Positions 26,507-35,295 of a DNA stretch of 64,000 bases are shown in pieces (within the stretch, counting starts at the first letter, position 1; the number at the start of each line of letters is the position of its first letter). The stretch covers positions 494,350 through 558,349 of the forward strand of contig CALVUI010000001.1 in assembly GCA_944363565.1 (NCBI GenBank), in the 5' to 3' direction. Both the position numbers and the translations under genes were made by a program. The DNA is from an uncultured Bacilli bacterium (lineage in GTDB: Bacteria > Bacillota_I > Bacilli_A > RFN20 > CAG-826). A model generated the notes under the pieces. It saw only the letters and a program-made list of their open reading frames with translations, had not been told where the DNA came from and searched no databases.

Positions 26507-27403
26507 GTGCCGTCCATACACCGACTCATCAAAAAAGAAGGCCGTTACTACGTCGATGACGAAATGGACAGCGTCGACATAAGCAAGGAGGATTGGATTG
26601 CCTTGATCGATGACCCGGAGGTGTTCAACGGAAAATCATTGGAAGTGCTTGGCTATTTCTATGAAGAAGAGGACCATCAGGCGTCGACCAAGCAAATAAC
26701 CGATAAATACGGCCTTGCCTCCAAGAACTTCAACGGCGTCATCATCGGCTTGGGCAAGAGAGCCCAGAAGGTTTTGGGACAACGGGCTACCGTGGTCCAG
26801 CAATCCAACCCTTCCGGCTTGTCCTACTGGTGTCTCTTCTTCCATGGCCATGAGGACAACGGCTTCGTTTGGAGGGTCCGCGAACCACTCGGGGAGGCCC
26901 TTCACGAAACCGGCATCCTGAGTGTCTTCCGGGAAGAAAACGAAAAGGAAGATCCCCTTTGTACGGAGATATTCAAAGAAGGGCAAATCACGAAGATTTA
27001 CGGCCGAAAATACGAAAGAAACCCGCAAATCCGCCGCGCCTTCGTCAAAAACTTCAAAAAGAAACACGGACGGGTCTACTGCGAAGCCTGTGGATTTGAT
27101 TTCGGGAAAACCTATGGGAAATTGGGAGAGGGTTTCATCGAAGTCCATCACAACAAACCGATTTCTTCCTTCAAGGACGAACACGAAGTCGATATCGAAA
27201 AAGACCTCAATTGCCTTTGTTCCAACTGCCACCGGATGATTCATGCCAACAAGAAACGCATCCTTTCGGTCGAAGAACTAAGGGCGAAATCGAAAAGGCC
27301 AAAAAGAACTAAACCAAGTTTCACATCAGTAGACAGTTATCTCTTCCTCATTATCAAAAACCCTCCCCATGCGGGGAGGGTCAAGGAAGGAAGGGGAACT
27401 TAA
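26507..27403 (+). CDS. HNH endonuclease (McrA-like) with N-terminal domain of unknown function
   Basis: 298 aa with GTG start after AAGGAAGGA (an alternative ATG is at 26564). HNH core CEACGFDF...IEVHHNKPIS...CSNCHRMIH. Confidence 0.8.
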   Translation: MPSIHRLIKKEGRYYVDDEMDSVDISKEDWIALIDDPEVFNGKSLEVLGYFYEEEDHQASTKQITDKYGLASKNFNGVIIGLGKRAQKVLGQRATVVQQSNPSGLSYWCLFFHGHEDNGFVWRVREPLGEALHETGILSVFREENEKEDPLCTEIFKEGQITKIYGRKYERNPQIRRAFVKNFKKKHGRVYCEACGFDFGKTYGKLGEGFIEVHHNKPISSFKDEHEVDIEKDLNCLCSNCHRMIHANKKRILSVEELRAKSKRPKRTKPSFTSVDSYLFLIIKNPPHAGRVKEGRGT

Positions 27404-27405
27404 GC

Positions 27406-28965
27406 CTATGCTTTTTCCATCACGATGTCGGAATAAGAACTATAAGCGATTTTGCCCGATTCAATCATTAGGGTGCCGTTGGTGGCATCGTAGACCAGAA
27501 CCAAATCGCGGGCTACCCATCCGTTTTCACCCGGGAAGACGAGCGTGTAGATGTCTCCTTCCACCGTCGAGGCCTCGCTATCGATTACGGAGACTTCTTC
27601 GCCTGACGACCAGTTAATATCGTATTCATCGTAGCAAGTAATTTCGGTTTCGGAATCGAAGTCAATATACATGCCATAACCGTCTCCAACCTCGTACGAA
27701 TACCAAGTCGTTCCAATCAAAGCCTCCGGAATCGTGGCCCCGGTCGTGCCTTGGAAGGCATTGACGCTTACGTTAATTGTCTTGGTAATGCTTCCGCAGA
27801 CAACGGTGATCGCGGCTTCGCCCCCGCCGTTTGCGAGCAATATCACCCTTTCCCCTTCGGCGTTATCGCTATTGCCGGTATAATCGAATCCGACGACGGA
27901 AGTGTCTTCGACGCTCCAAAGGATGTCTTCGGTGCAATTGTGGGGCTCGGCATCGGCTTCAAGTTGAATCTCGTCACCTTCGTCAAGGACGATGGTCTCT
28001 GTAACCTCTACCCCGTCTTTGGTAACCGTAAGATCGGTGGCATCGACGAACTTGTAGCCGCTGAAGTCGACCATGACGGCACCCGAGGCATCGGTGTAGG
28101 AAATGGCCAAAGCACTATACTGAGTCCCAATCGTCGCGGTTTCCGCGGGATTCGGATCGTTGTAGTCCTCGGCAAGATAGTAGGTCGAAGAGAATCCATC
28201 ATTACCTACCGGATAGAGGACGAGGTCTTCGAGGACGATGTCCATGCTGCTGTCGGGACTGACGGTATGGAAGTTGACCTTGTCCTTTTCGACCACGACC
28301 GTCACATCAGGAATCACCTGCTCATAAGCGGAGGTATAGGCATAATCCGTGACGGTCAGACTCCCCTTGTAGGTCCCCTGGAGGCTATGGTCAATGGTTT
28401 CGGCGTAGTCCTCCCCGCAGTCGGCGCTGATGAAGGCGCCCCTGAGGACGACGTGGCCGGTGGCCTCGATCTTGAAGTAGTGGGGGGCATAGGTCCATTC
28501 GCCATAGGTGACGTTGTTTTCCATCTCCCCGACTTCGTACCAGCCCTTGCCGTCGCGGCTGACCGAGAGGGTGAGCTTCCCGGTGGTCCCGGTTCCATAG
28601 ACGACCTTCAGGGCCGCCATCTCCCGGATGTAGGTGGTGTTGTAGATGATGCCTCCGCTTTCCATGGTGGTGAGGGTATCGGCGGCCTCATCGCCCGGTA
28701 AGACGGTGCCCATGGGCCCTGCGGCCTGCATCTCGAGGACAGCCCCGTCGGGAGCCACGTGGGTAATGGCCCCGAAGTTGCTAGCCGAAGGGTTGGTGAC
28801 GATGGTGCAGTTTTCGTAGGCGAGGACAAAGGTCCTTTCGTACTCCTGGGCCGCCCCGACTAGTGGGGTCAGGGCATGGCCAGCGAAGTAGGCGGCCGAG
28901 CCGAGAACCGCCCCGCCGGCCACGAGGGCGGCGGCGAGGAGGACGGCTTTCTTGGTGTTTTTCAT
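27406..28965 (-). CDS. Secreted/membrane-anchored surface protein with Ig-like (Big_2-type) module
   Basis: 519 aa. N-terminal MKNTKKAVLLAAALVAGGAVLGSAAYFAG hydrophobic anchor. Ig-like segment ...ILWSVEDTSVVGFDYTG...AITVVCGSITKTINVSV. Confidence 0.8.
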   Translation of the reverse strand: MKNTKKAVLLAAALVAGGAVLGSAAYFAGHALTPLVGAAQEYERTFVLAYENCTIVTNPSASNFGAITHVAPDGAVLEMQAAGPMGTVLPGDEAADTLTTMESGGIIYNTTYIREMAALKVVYGTGTTGKLTLSVSRDGKGWYEVGEMENNVTYGEWTYAPHYFKIEATGHVVLRGAFISADCGEDYAETIDHSLQGTYKGSLTVTDYAYTSAYEQVIPDVTVVVEKDKVNFHTVSPDSSMDIVLEDLVLYPVGNDGFSSTYYLAEDYNDPNPAETATIGTQYSALAISYTDASGAVMVDFSGYKFVDATDLTVTKDGVEVTETIVLDEGDEIQLEADAEPHNCTEDILWSVEDTSVVGFDYTGNSDNAEGERVILLANGGGEAAITVVCGSITKTINVSVNAFQGTTGATIPEALIGTTWYSYEVGDGYGMYIDFDSETEITCYDEYDINWSSGEEVSVIDSEASTVEGDIYTLVFPGENGWVARDLVLVYDATNGTLMIESGKIAYSSYSDIVMEKA

Positions 28966-29001
28966 AGCTTGCTTCCTTTCTCCCCTAAGAAAGGGGAACG
29001 T

Positions 29002-30693
29002 TTAGTAGAGGGTGACGGCTTGGGTCGCGACCCAGACGCTCTTGCCGGTGAAGTTCCCGTCGATGCGGATCCGGGCGTAACGGTGGGCGCTGGCAAACTC
29101 CACTTCGTGGAGGCGGAGGTGGCTCCCGGAGGCATTGGCCCGGAATTCCTCGGTCCAATCTTCCTCTTCGACCCACTCAGTCCCGTCGTCGCTGACTTCG
29201 ACGAAGGCTTCCCAGAAGGAGAGGTTCTCCTCATTGTGGGCAAAAAGGAGGCCGTATTCGAAGCCTAAGCCCTTGAGGGTCTGCCCTTCCCCGGCATCGA
29301 AGATGAGGTCGGCTTCCATCTCGTCCCAGTTGCCGCCGGGTTTGAACATGAAGGCCCTCTCCATCGGATCGAAGCCGAGGTTGTCGGTCGACATGATGTA
29401 GTCGACGTCGACGGTGTCGGGATCGCTGGTGGAGGTGGCGATGGTTAGACCGCCCGTCACCGCGTTTTCATTGGTGACGAGGCCGCTGGCCTGCTTTTCC
29501 TGGAAGGTCAGCTGGGCGACCGGATCAAGGGTGATCTCCGACTGATCGGGTATGACGGTGACATGGAGCTTGTTGGATATGATGCCGGTGATGTCATCGA
29601 CGACGTAGACGTCGGCTTCCCCGACCCCGAGGCCGCTGACGGTCAAGGTCCCTTCGAAGTTATGTTCGATGGTGACCTTGGTCTCGTCGCTGCTCATGGG
29701 AGTGAAGAGGACGGTGTTGGCGTCTTCCGGGAGATAGGTGAAGTCGGCTTCGAAGGATGTCCCGACCCCGATGGTCAGGCTTTGCTCGGGAGCCACGGCC
29801 GCTAAGTTGATCGAGGTGACGTGGGTTTCGACCCAGGGTTCCTCGTCCTTGTAGTCGGCGTAGGTCCGAACGTTCTGCTCGTTGGGTTCGGGCGGCAAGG
29901 TGGCATCAAGCGGAACCTCGGTCAGGCCGTAGCTATCGTCGGTGAGGGAGGCACTGATGAAGTTGGGGTTTTCCTCCTCATAGCCATCAAAGGCCACGAC
30001 CGAGTCGATGATCCCGAGTTCCGTATCGACGGTGAAGCCGTAGTAGATCGGGAGGAAGGAGTCCCAGGCCAGGAAAGCGAAGGCATCGAAGGTGAAGGCC
30101 TCGACGAGGTCCTCGGCCGTGATGTAGTAAATCGGTAGGCCCTGGGGGGCAAACTCGATGTCGCTATAGTCGATGGCCTTGAGGGCCTCGATCATGTACT
30201 GGTAGTCGAGGTAGGTGTTCTGCATCCTGAGGTCGGCCCCGTGGTAACCGTCCTTGAGCCAGGCCTCGCCGTTCCCCTCGTCTTCGAAGTAGAGGTAGCT
30301 ATCGCCTTGGTAGTCATGGTAGTACATGTACTCGGTATAGCCGTAGGTGGCGTAGAAGCTATCGTCGCGGACGATCTTGTAACCCTGGGTGTAGAAGGTA
30401 TAGACCGGGTAGTCCGAGAACGAGGTGGCGTAGTGGGTGGTGAGGTTGGAGTAGTCACCCTCGAGGGCCTTGTTCCAGTCTTCCTCGGGGTTCTCCACCA
30501 CGACCGGGGGAAGCGAGGTCGAGGTTTCGTCGCCGCCATCCGGCGGGGTCGAGTCCTCGTCACCCTCCGAGGTCGAGGTCACAGTCGGATCCTCGCTGGT
30601 GGTGCTACTGGATGTGGGGTTGCCCGGTTCACAGGCGGCCAAGACCATGGCCGCCGGAAGGAGGGCTAAGAGAAGATGTTTGGACTTAAGCAT
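29002..30693 (-). CDS. Surface lipoprotein with Ig-like module and C-terminal discoidin/CBM-like domain
   Basis: 563 aa. MLKSKHLLLALLPAAMVLAACEPGN is a signal peptide plus lipobox. Ser/Thr/Asp-rich linker. Big_2-like LTIGVGTSFEADFTYLPEDAN...LHVTV. RBS AAAGGAGG upstream. Confidence 0.85.
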   Translation of the reverse strand: MLKSKHLLLALLPAAMVLAACEPGNPTSSSTTSEDPTVTSTSEGDEDSTPPDGGDETSTSLPPVVVENPEEDWNKALEGDYSNLTTHYATSFSDYPVYTFYTQGYKIVRDDSFYATYGYTEYMYYHDYQGDSYLYFEDEGNGEAWLKDGYHGADLRMQNTYLDYQYMIEALKAIDYSDIEFAPQGLPIYYITAEDLVEAFTFDAFAFLAWDSFLPIYYGFTVDTELGIIDSVVAFDGYEEENPNFISASLTDDSYGLTEVPLDATLPPEPNEQNVRTYADYKDEEPWVETHVTSINLAAVAPEQSLTIGVGTSFEADFTYLPEDANTVLFTPMSSDETKVTIEHNFEGTLTVSGLGVGEADVYVVDDITGIISNKLHVTVIPDQSEITLDPVAQLTFQEKQASGLVTNENAVTGGLTIATSTSDPDTVDVDYIMSTDNLGFDPMERAFMFKPGGNWDEMEADLIFDAGEGQTLKGLGFEYGLLFAHNEENLSFWEAFVEVSDDGTEWVEEEDWTEEFRANASGSHLRLHEVEFASAHRYARIRIDGNFTGKSVWVATQAVTLY

Positions 30694-30737
30694 ATGCGTT
30701 TGCTTGTTTACCTCCTTTTAGCAAGAAGGAAGACGGC

Positions 30738-30815
30738 AAAAAGACCCCGAAGGGCTCAATGAAAAGAAACGGGGTCTAGTTCTAGCTTAGACCCCCCCGT
30801 CCGCGTGAGACGGGG
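30738..30815 (-). promoter_or_regulatory. Leader with mutually exclusive terminator / antiterminator hairpins upstream of the lipoprotein gene
   Basis: On the minus strand: hairpin CCCCGTC/GACGGGG (30795-30815); GGGTCTA/TAGACCC (30772-30794); and GACCCCG/CGGGGTC (30743-30749/30770-30776) followed by U5 (plus AAAAA 30738-42). The last two share nucleotides 30772-30776. Confidence 0.4.
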
Positions 30816-31336
30816 CAACTTTCCATCCATTCTGTCCGTATTTCCCGAATGCATGGGGGTAAAGATAGGCCCATATCAATATATGTCAATGATTATTTTT
30901 CTGGGGGATGCCCCATCAACCAATATGGAGGAATGACGGATATATATCAGACCGAGGAATTACTATAAGTAAAAACTAGACCAATGGGTTTATGACGACC
31001 TCTACTCGAGGACCGTCATAAAATGATCAAAGATTTCAAATTCATTCGACCCTTGCGGGTATATTCCCACCAACGATTTTCCGAGACAACTTGACAAACG
31101 ACCGGACAAAGGCCCAGAAACATGAGTGTTTTCTTCTCCGATCATCCTCCCTCAATTTGTCGACGAACATGGAAAAATCACCGAATTCCTTTCATGTATT
31201 TTCTTCGTTTCGAATCCCCAATTTTTGAACTAAATTGTGCCTTTCGCATCCATTTCCAAGGGATCCGTAACCCCCTCTCCCCTTTCACGCCTGACAAACC
31301 GAGATGGTTTGCCAACGTTTTGGACACTCCAAAGCC

Positions 31337-31361
31337 AAAAGAAAAGAGGCCGTTAGGCCTC
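31337..31361 (-). terminator. Intrinsic terminator after the LRR gene fragment
   Basis: GAGGCC-GTTA-GGCCTC (31346-31361), with a U-rich run on the minus strand (plus AAAAGAAAA 31337-45). It lies 18 nt past the stop. Confidence 0.65.
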
Positions 31362-31378
31362 CTTTCCTTATGTTGGCT

Positions 31379-31975
31379 TTAGGCCTGGAGATTCCTGAAC
31401 TCCTCGAGGGTGACGTTGTAACGGACGTTGGTCTCGGAGTCACGGAGATAGCTCGAGACGTCACCGGGGGCAGAGGCCCCTTCGAAGCAGAGGATCGGTC
31501 CCTGGTCGGCGAAGTTGTAGAAGGAAGCGGTCCCGATCGAGGTGACGGAGGCCGGGATATAGACCTTCTCCAGGGCCCCGCAGTCGTAGAAGGAATAATC
31601 AGCGAGGGTCTCTAAACCCGAGGGCAGTTCCACAGACGTGAGCTTGGACAGTTCCCGGAAGGCTTGTTGACCAATGCCCTTCAAGGTGGCAGGCAGGACG
31701 AGGGAGGTGACGGCCTTGTCGTTGAGGAAGGCCGATTCCCCGATGCTTTCGACCTTGGTATTGGAAAGGTCGACCGTAGTAGTCAAGGACGAGCAGGTGT
31801 TGAAGGCCCTAGCCTCGATCTTGGTGACGGAAGAGGGCAGGTTCACGGAGGTCAGACCCGAGGAAGAGAAGGCGCTCTCGGGGATGACGTCGATGCCCTC
31901 GGGAAGGGCGATGTTGGTGAGGGCCCTGGTCCCGGCGAAGACCTCGTCCTCAAGGAAGGGGCGGAAGGCGACATC
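31379..31975 (-). pseudogene. 5'-truncated BspA-type leucine-rich-repeat surface protein fragment
   Basis: ~23-aa LRR units (LTSVNLPSSVTKIEARAFNTCSS, LTSVELPSGLETLADYSFYDCGA, etc.). They continue in frame upstream of the GTG at 31846 to about 31975, with no start codon or signal peptide. Confidence 0.6.
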
Positions 31976-32437
31976 AAGACCTTGACCGCCACCATCGAGT
32001 GGTCGGACAAGGAGAAGGGCATCAAGGACCTCTATGCCAGGACCTTGACCGCGAATGACGGGACCAAGCTAGCGAGCTACGACCACTTCTACACCGTCTT
32101 CAGCACCTTCATCGAGTGGGACGGGGCCAGAGATGCCGCCAATGACGCCACCCTCGACATCAGCCTCACCTTCCCCTCCTACCAGAGCTTCCAGAACGAG
32201 GCCAAGGCCATCATCACCCATGGCGATACGACCTACTCCTTCGACTGGTACGGGAACCGATCCGGGGCCCTCGGATCCCAATCCAACCTCCGGGTCAATG
32301 ACGGCTATGTCTCGAAGACCAGCGTCGCCCTGACCCTTTCGAAAGATGGGACGACTCTCACCGTCGACCTCACCTACGCCGAAAGCTGGAGCGATCCGGA
32401 AATCAACCTCCAGTTCAACTTCCAAAAAGCCCAATAA
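31976..32437 (+). pseudogene. 3' fragment of a second surface-protein gene, head-to-head with the LRR fragment
   Basis: Only the distal ~154 aa of ORF 31664..32437 (KTLTATIEWSDKEKG...NLQFNFQKAQ) look protein-like. The proximal part is the antisense of the LRR repeats. There is no credible start. Confidence 0.5.
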
Positions 32438-32449
32438 AGTAGGCCAATG

Positions 32450-32476
32450 GGCCCGGCTAGACGGCCGGGCCTTTTC
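32450..32476 (+). terminator. Intrinsic terminator after the plus-strand fragment
   Basis: Perfect 8-bp stem GGCCCGGC/GCCGGGCC (32450-57/32464-71) followed by TTTTCTCTT. Confidence 0.7.
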
Positions 32477-32519
32477 TCTTGCCTTGTCTTGCAAATAGAA
32501 ATCCTTTTGGTAAAACCAA

Positions 32520-32544
32520 AAGAAAAAGCCACCCGGGGGTGGCT
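32520..32544 (-). terminator. Intrinsic terminator of the infB-rbfA operon
   Basis: AGCCACC-CGGG-GGTGGCT (32527-32544), overlapping the rbfA stop. On the minus strand it is followed by UUUUUCU. Confidence 0.7.
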
Positions 32545-32899
32545 ATTGCCCCATCTTCTTGAGGTCTTCCTCTTCCCTCTTGAGGGCTTCCTCCAGCCTT
32601 TCCGCCTTCTTGAAGCGTTCGTCGAGGACGAAGTGGATCTCCGGAACCTTCCTCAGGTCCATCTTGCTCGAGAGCTTGCTACGGACCAGACCCTTCAGGG
32701 ACTCGAGTTCCCTGAGGTTCCATTCCGGGTGCTTGGCAAGTAGGAAGGAGACATAGACCGTGACGTGGCTATGGTCCTTGCTGACCTCGACCTCGTTGAC
32801 CGAGACCATCCCGATCCGGGGGTTCTTGATCTCGAAGGCGATGATGTCGGAGATGTTCTTGTGGAGGAGGGCCTTGAGGCGGCCAGAACGGTCGGCCAT
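32543..32899 (-). CDS. rbfA: Ribosome-binding factor A
   Basis: Start trimmed to ATG 32897-32899 (MADRSGRLKALLHKNISDIIAFEIKNPRIGMVSVNEVEVSKD). Lies 1 nt after the infB stop. Confidence 0.9.
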   Translation of the reverse strand: MADRSGRLKALLHKNISDIIAFEIKNPRIGMVSVNEVEVSKDHSHVTVYVSFLLAKHPEWNLRELESLKGLVRSKLSSKMDLRKVPEIHFVLDERFKKAERLEEALKREEEDLKKMGQ

Positions 32900-32900
32900 C

Positions 32901-34751
32901 TTAGACCTTCTCCACCAAGCGGTAGGCCTCGATGAGGTCCCCTTCCTTGATGTCGTTGAAGCCCTCGACCATGAGGCCGCATTCGTAGCCTTGCTTGACT
33001 TCCTTGACGTCGTCCTTGAAGCGCTTGAGGGAGGAAAGCTTCCCTTCGTAGACGATGACCCCGGCGCGAAGCAACCTGACCTTGCTCCCGGAGTAGACGG
33101 TGCCACTCGTGACGTAGCTACCGGCCACCGTCCCGACGTGGCTGATCTTGTAGATGTGGCGGACCTCGGCTTCCCCGGTCACCTCTTCCACCATCTCGGC
33201 CTTGTATAGGCCCTTGATGGCGGCCTTCATCTCATCGATCAACTCGTAGATGATGCGGTGGAGGTGGATTTCCACCCCTTCTTCCTCGGCCTTGGCCCGG
33301 ACCCTGGAATCGGGACGGACGTTGAAGCCGTAGATGATGGCGTGGGAGGCATCGGCCAAAGAGACGTCGCTATCGGAGATGGCGCCGGCCGAGGCCATGA
33401 GGACCTTGATCCTGACCTTATCGTCGCTCAGCTTTTCGAGCGAAGCCTTGAGGGCTTCGGCACTGCCGTCGGTATCGGCCTTGATGATGACGTTGACGTC
33501 CTGGACCTGGCCGGCATTGACGAGGTTGTTGAGGTCGCTTAAAGACAAAGCGCTGGTCCCGGACTTTTCCTTGGCCCGCTTTTCGAGGGCCCGCTTCTCG
33601 GCGATGTCCCGGGCTTCCTTTTCGGTCGGGAAAGCCATGAAGCGGTCGCCGGCGCTAGGGACGGCTTCGAGACCCGTGACCGCGACCGGGGTGGCCGGTC
33701 CGGCGGTCTTGAGGACCTCGGCGTGTTCGTTGACCATGCGCCTGATCTTCCCGTAGATCTCGCCCACGACCACGTAGTCGCCGGCGTTGAGGGTCCCGTT
33801 TTGGACAAGAAGCGTGGCCTTGGGCCCTTCCCCGCGGTCGAGGTTGGCCTCGAGGACCGTCCCGATGGCGTAGCGGTCGGGGTTGGCCTTGAGTTCCATC
33901 ATCTCGCTCTTGAGGATGATGGCGTCGAGTAGTTCGTCGATCCCCTGGCCCTTCTTGGCGCTGATTTCGACCATGATGACATCGCCCCCGTATTCCTCGG
34001 CCACGACGTTATGGGCCAAAAGTTCTTCCTTGACGCGACGCGGATCGGCCCCCGGGGCGTCCATCTTGTTGATGGCGACGATGATGGGGCAGCCGGCCGC
34101 TTCGGCGTGGCTGATGGCTTCTAGGGTCTGGGGCATGACGCCGTCATCGGCGGCCACGACCAAGACGACGAGGTCGGTGACACTGGCACCGCGGGCCCGC
34201 ATGGCCGTGAAGGCGGCGTGCCCCGGGGTGTCGATGAAGGTGATGCGGTGGCCCTTGACGGATTTTTGATAGGCCCCGATGGCCTGGGAGATGCCCCCGG
34301 CCTCCCCTTCGGCGACGTGGGAATTACGGATGGCGTCGATAAGAGTGGTCTTCCCGTGGTCGACGTGGCCCATGACGGTCACCACCGGAGGACGGGCCTT
34401 CAAATCCTTGGGATCATCCTTGATCTCGAGGTCTTCGAAGTGTTCGGCGTCGACACTGGATTCCTTTTCGAAGTCGTAGCCGAATTCCAAACAGATGGTC
34501 CCGATCATCTCGTCATCGAGGACCTGGTTGATGGTCACGGCCTTGCCATTCAAAAACAAGAACTTGATGATGGCGGAAGTGGGAACGTTGATGGCTTTGC
34601 TTAGGTCACTGACGGAGATCGGCTTGTTGTAGACGAAAACCCCGCCATTGACCTTGGCGTATTCCTGCTTCTTCTGATGGGGGGTACTGTCGAAGTTGCT
34701 GACCCGGCGTTGGGTCGCCGTCTTCTTCGAGAAATACTTCTTCTTCTTCAT
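32901..34751 (-). CDS. infB: Translation initiation factor IF-2
   Basis: 616 aa. G domain [22 protein letters not shown]. Conserved C-terminal IF-2 domains. Confidence 0.97.
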   Translation of the reverse strand: MKKKKYFSKKTATQRRVSNFDSTPHQKKQEYAKVNGGVFVYNKPISVSDLSKAINVPTSAIIKFLFLNGKAVTINQVLDDEMIGTICLEFGYDFEKESSVDAEHFEDLEIKDDPKDLKARPPVVTVMGHVDHGKTTLIDAIRNSHVAEGEAGGISQAIGAYQKSVKGHRITFIDTPGHAAFTAMRARGASVTDLVVLVVAADDGVMPQTLEAISHAEAAGCPIIVAINKMDAPGADPRRVKEELLAHNVVAEEYGGDVIMVEISAKKGQGIDELLDAIILKSEMMELKANPDRYAIGTVLEANLDRGEGPKATLLVQNGTLNAGDYVVVGEIYGKIRRMVNEHAEVLKTAGPATPVAVTGLEAVPSAGDRFMAFPTEKEARDIAEKRALEKRAKEKSGTSALSLSDLNNLVNAGQVQDVNVIIKADTDGSAEALKASLEKLSDDKVRIKVLMASAGAISDSDVSLADASHAIIYGFNVRPDSRVRAKAEEEGVEIHLHRIIYELIDEMKAAIKGLYKAEMVEEVTGEAEVRHIYKISHVGTVAGSYVTSGTVYSGSKVRLLRAGVIVYEGKLSSLKRFKDDVKEVKQGYECGLMVEGFNDIKEGDLIEAYRLVEKV

Positions 34752-35054
34752 CTAGTTTCTCCTTTCGTCTAGTTTGGCGAGGAAGGCCTTGGCCGCCTTC
34801 CCCTCCTTTATGGAGAGGTAGGCCACCTCGGCTTTCCCAAGGGCCGCCCCGAGCTCTTCCTTGCTAGAGACCTCGATCAGGGGGACGCCTAGTTTTCCCG
34901 CGACTTCACGGGCGCTTTTGTGGCTTCCCGTCTTGGCGTCCCTGGCCACCACGACCAAGGCCGCCTTCTTGCCCTTGGCCTCGTCTCCGAGGTAGAGGCC
35001 CCTCCCCCTCCTTAGCAATCCAAGGAAGGATAGGGCTTGCTTATAGGAGTCCAT
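34752..35054 (-). CDS. ylxQ: L7Ae-family RNA-binding protein YlxQ
   Basis: 100-aa ORF between ylxR and infB. L7Ae-like LVVVARDAKTGSHKSAREVAGKLGVPLIEV. Confidence 0.8.
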   Translation of the reverse strand: MDSYKQALSFLGLLRRGRGLYLGDEAKGKKAALVVVARDAKTGSHKSAREVAGKLGVPLIEVSSKEELGAALGKAEVAYLSIKEGKAAKAFLAKLDERRN

Positions 35055-35295
35055 CGAGGAGCTCCTTCTTGAGGGCCGTCAATTCCACCTCGTCGATTCT
35101 GACGATCCGGACGAGGTGCCTAGGACTTAATCCCTCGATGGCCTTAGGGTCTTTTAGGACGTAGAGCCCGCGCCCGGGCATCTTCATGTCTTTATCGAAG
35201 ACGAGCTTCCCTTCGGCTACCACGAGCCTCAGGAGTTGCTCCCTAGGATAGGACTTCTTGGTCACGACGTCCCGGCGCGGGTTATTTATCTTCAT
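35041..35295 (-). CDS. ylxR: YlxR/DUF448 RNA-binding protein
   Basis: 84 aa. RRDVVTKKSYPREQLLRLV...GRGLYV motif. Conserved position after nusA. Confidence 0.85.
   Translation of the reverse strand: MKINNPRRDVVTKKSYPREQLLRLVVAEGKLVFDKDMKMPGRGLYVLKDPKAIEGLSPRHLVRIVRIDEVELTALKKELLDGLL

Noticed and set aside
27751-30669. Plus-strand ORFs (for example 27751..28701, 28876..29268 and 30241..30669) over the two surface-protein genes
   Set aside because: These are antisense artefacts of GC3-rich genes. The minus-strand genes have signal peptides and RBSs.
31664-31975. N-terminal ~100 aa of the 257-aa plus-strand ORF 31664..32437
   Set aside because: This part is the reverse complement of well-formed LRR repeats on the minus strand and has a G/D/E-rich antisense look. 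Only the distal part is protein-like.
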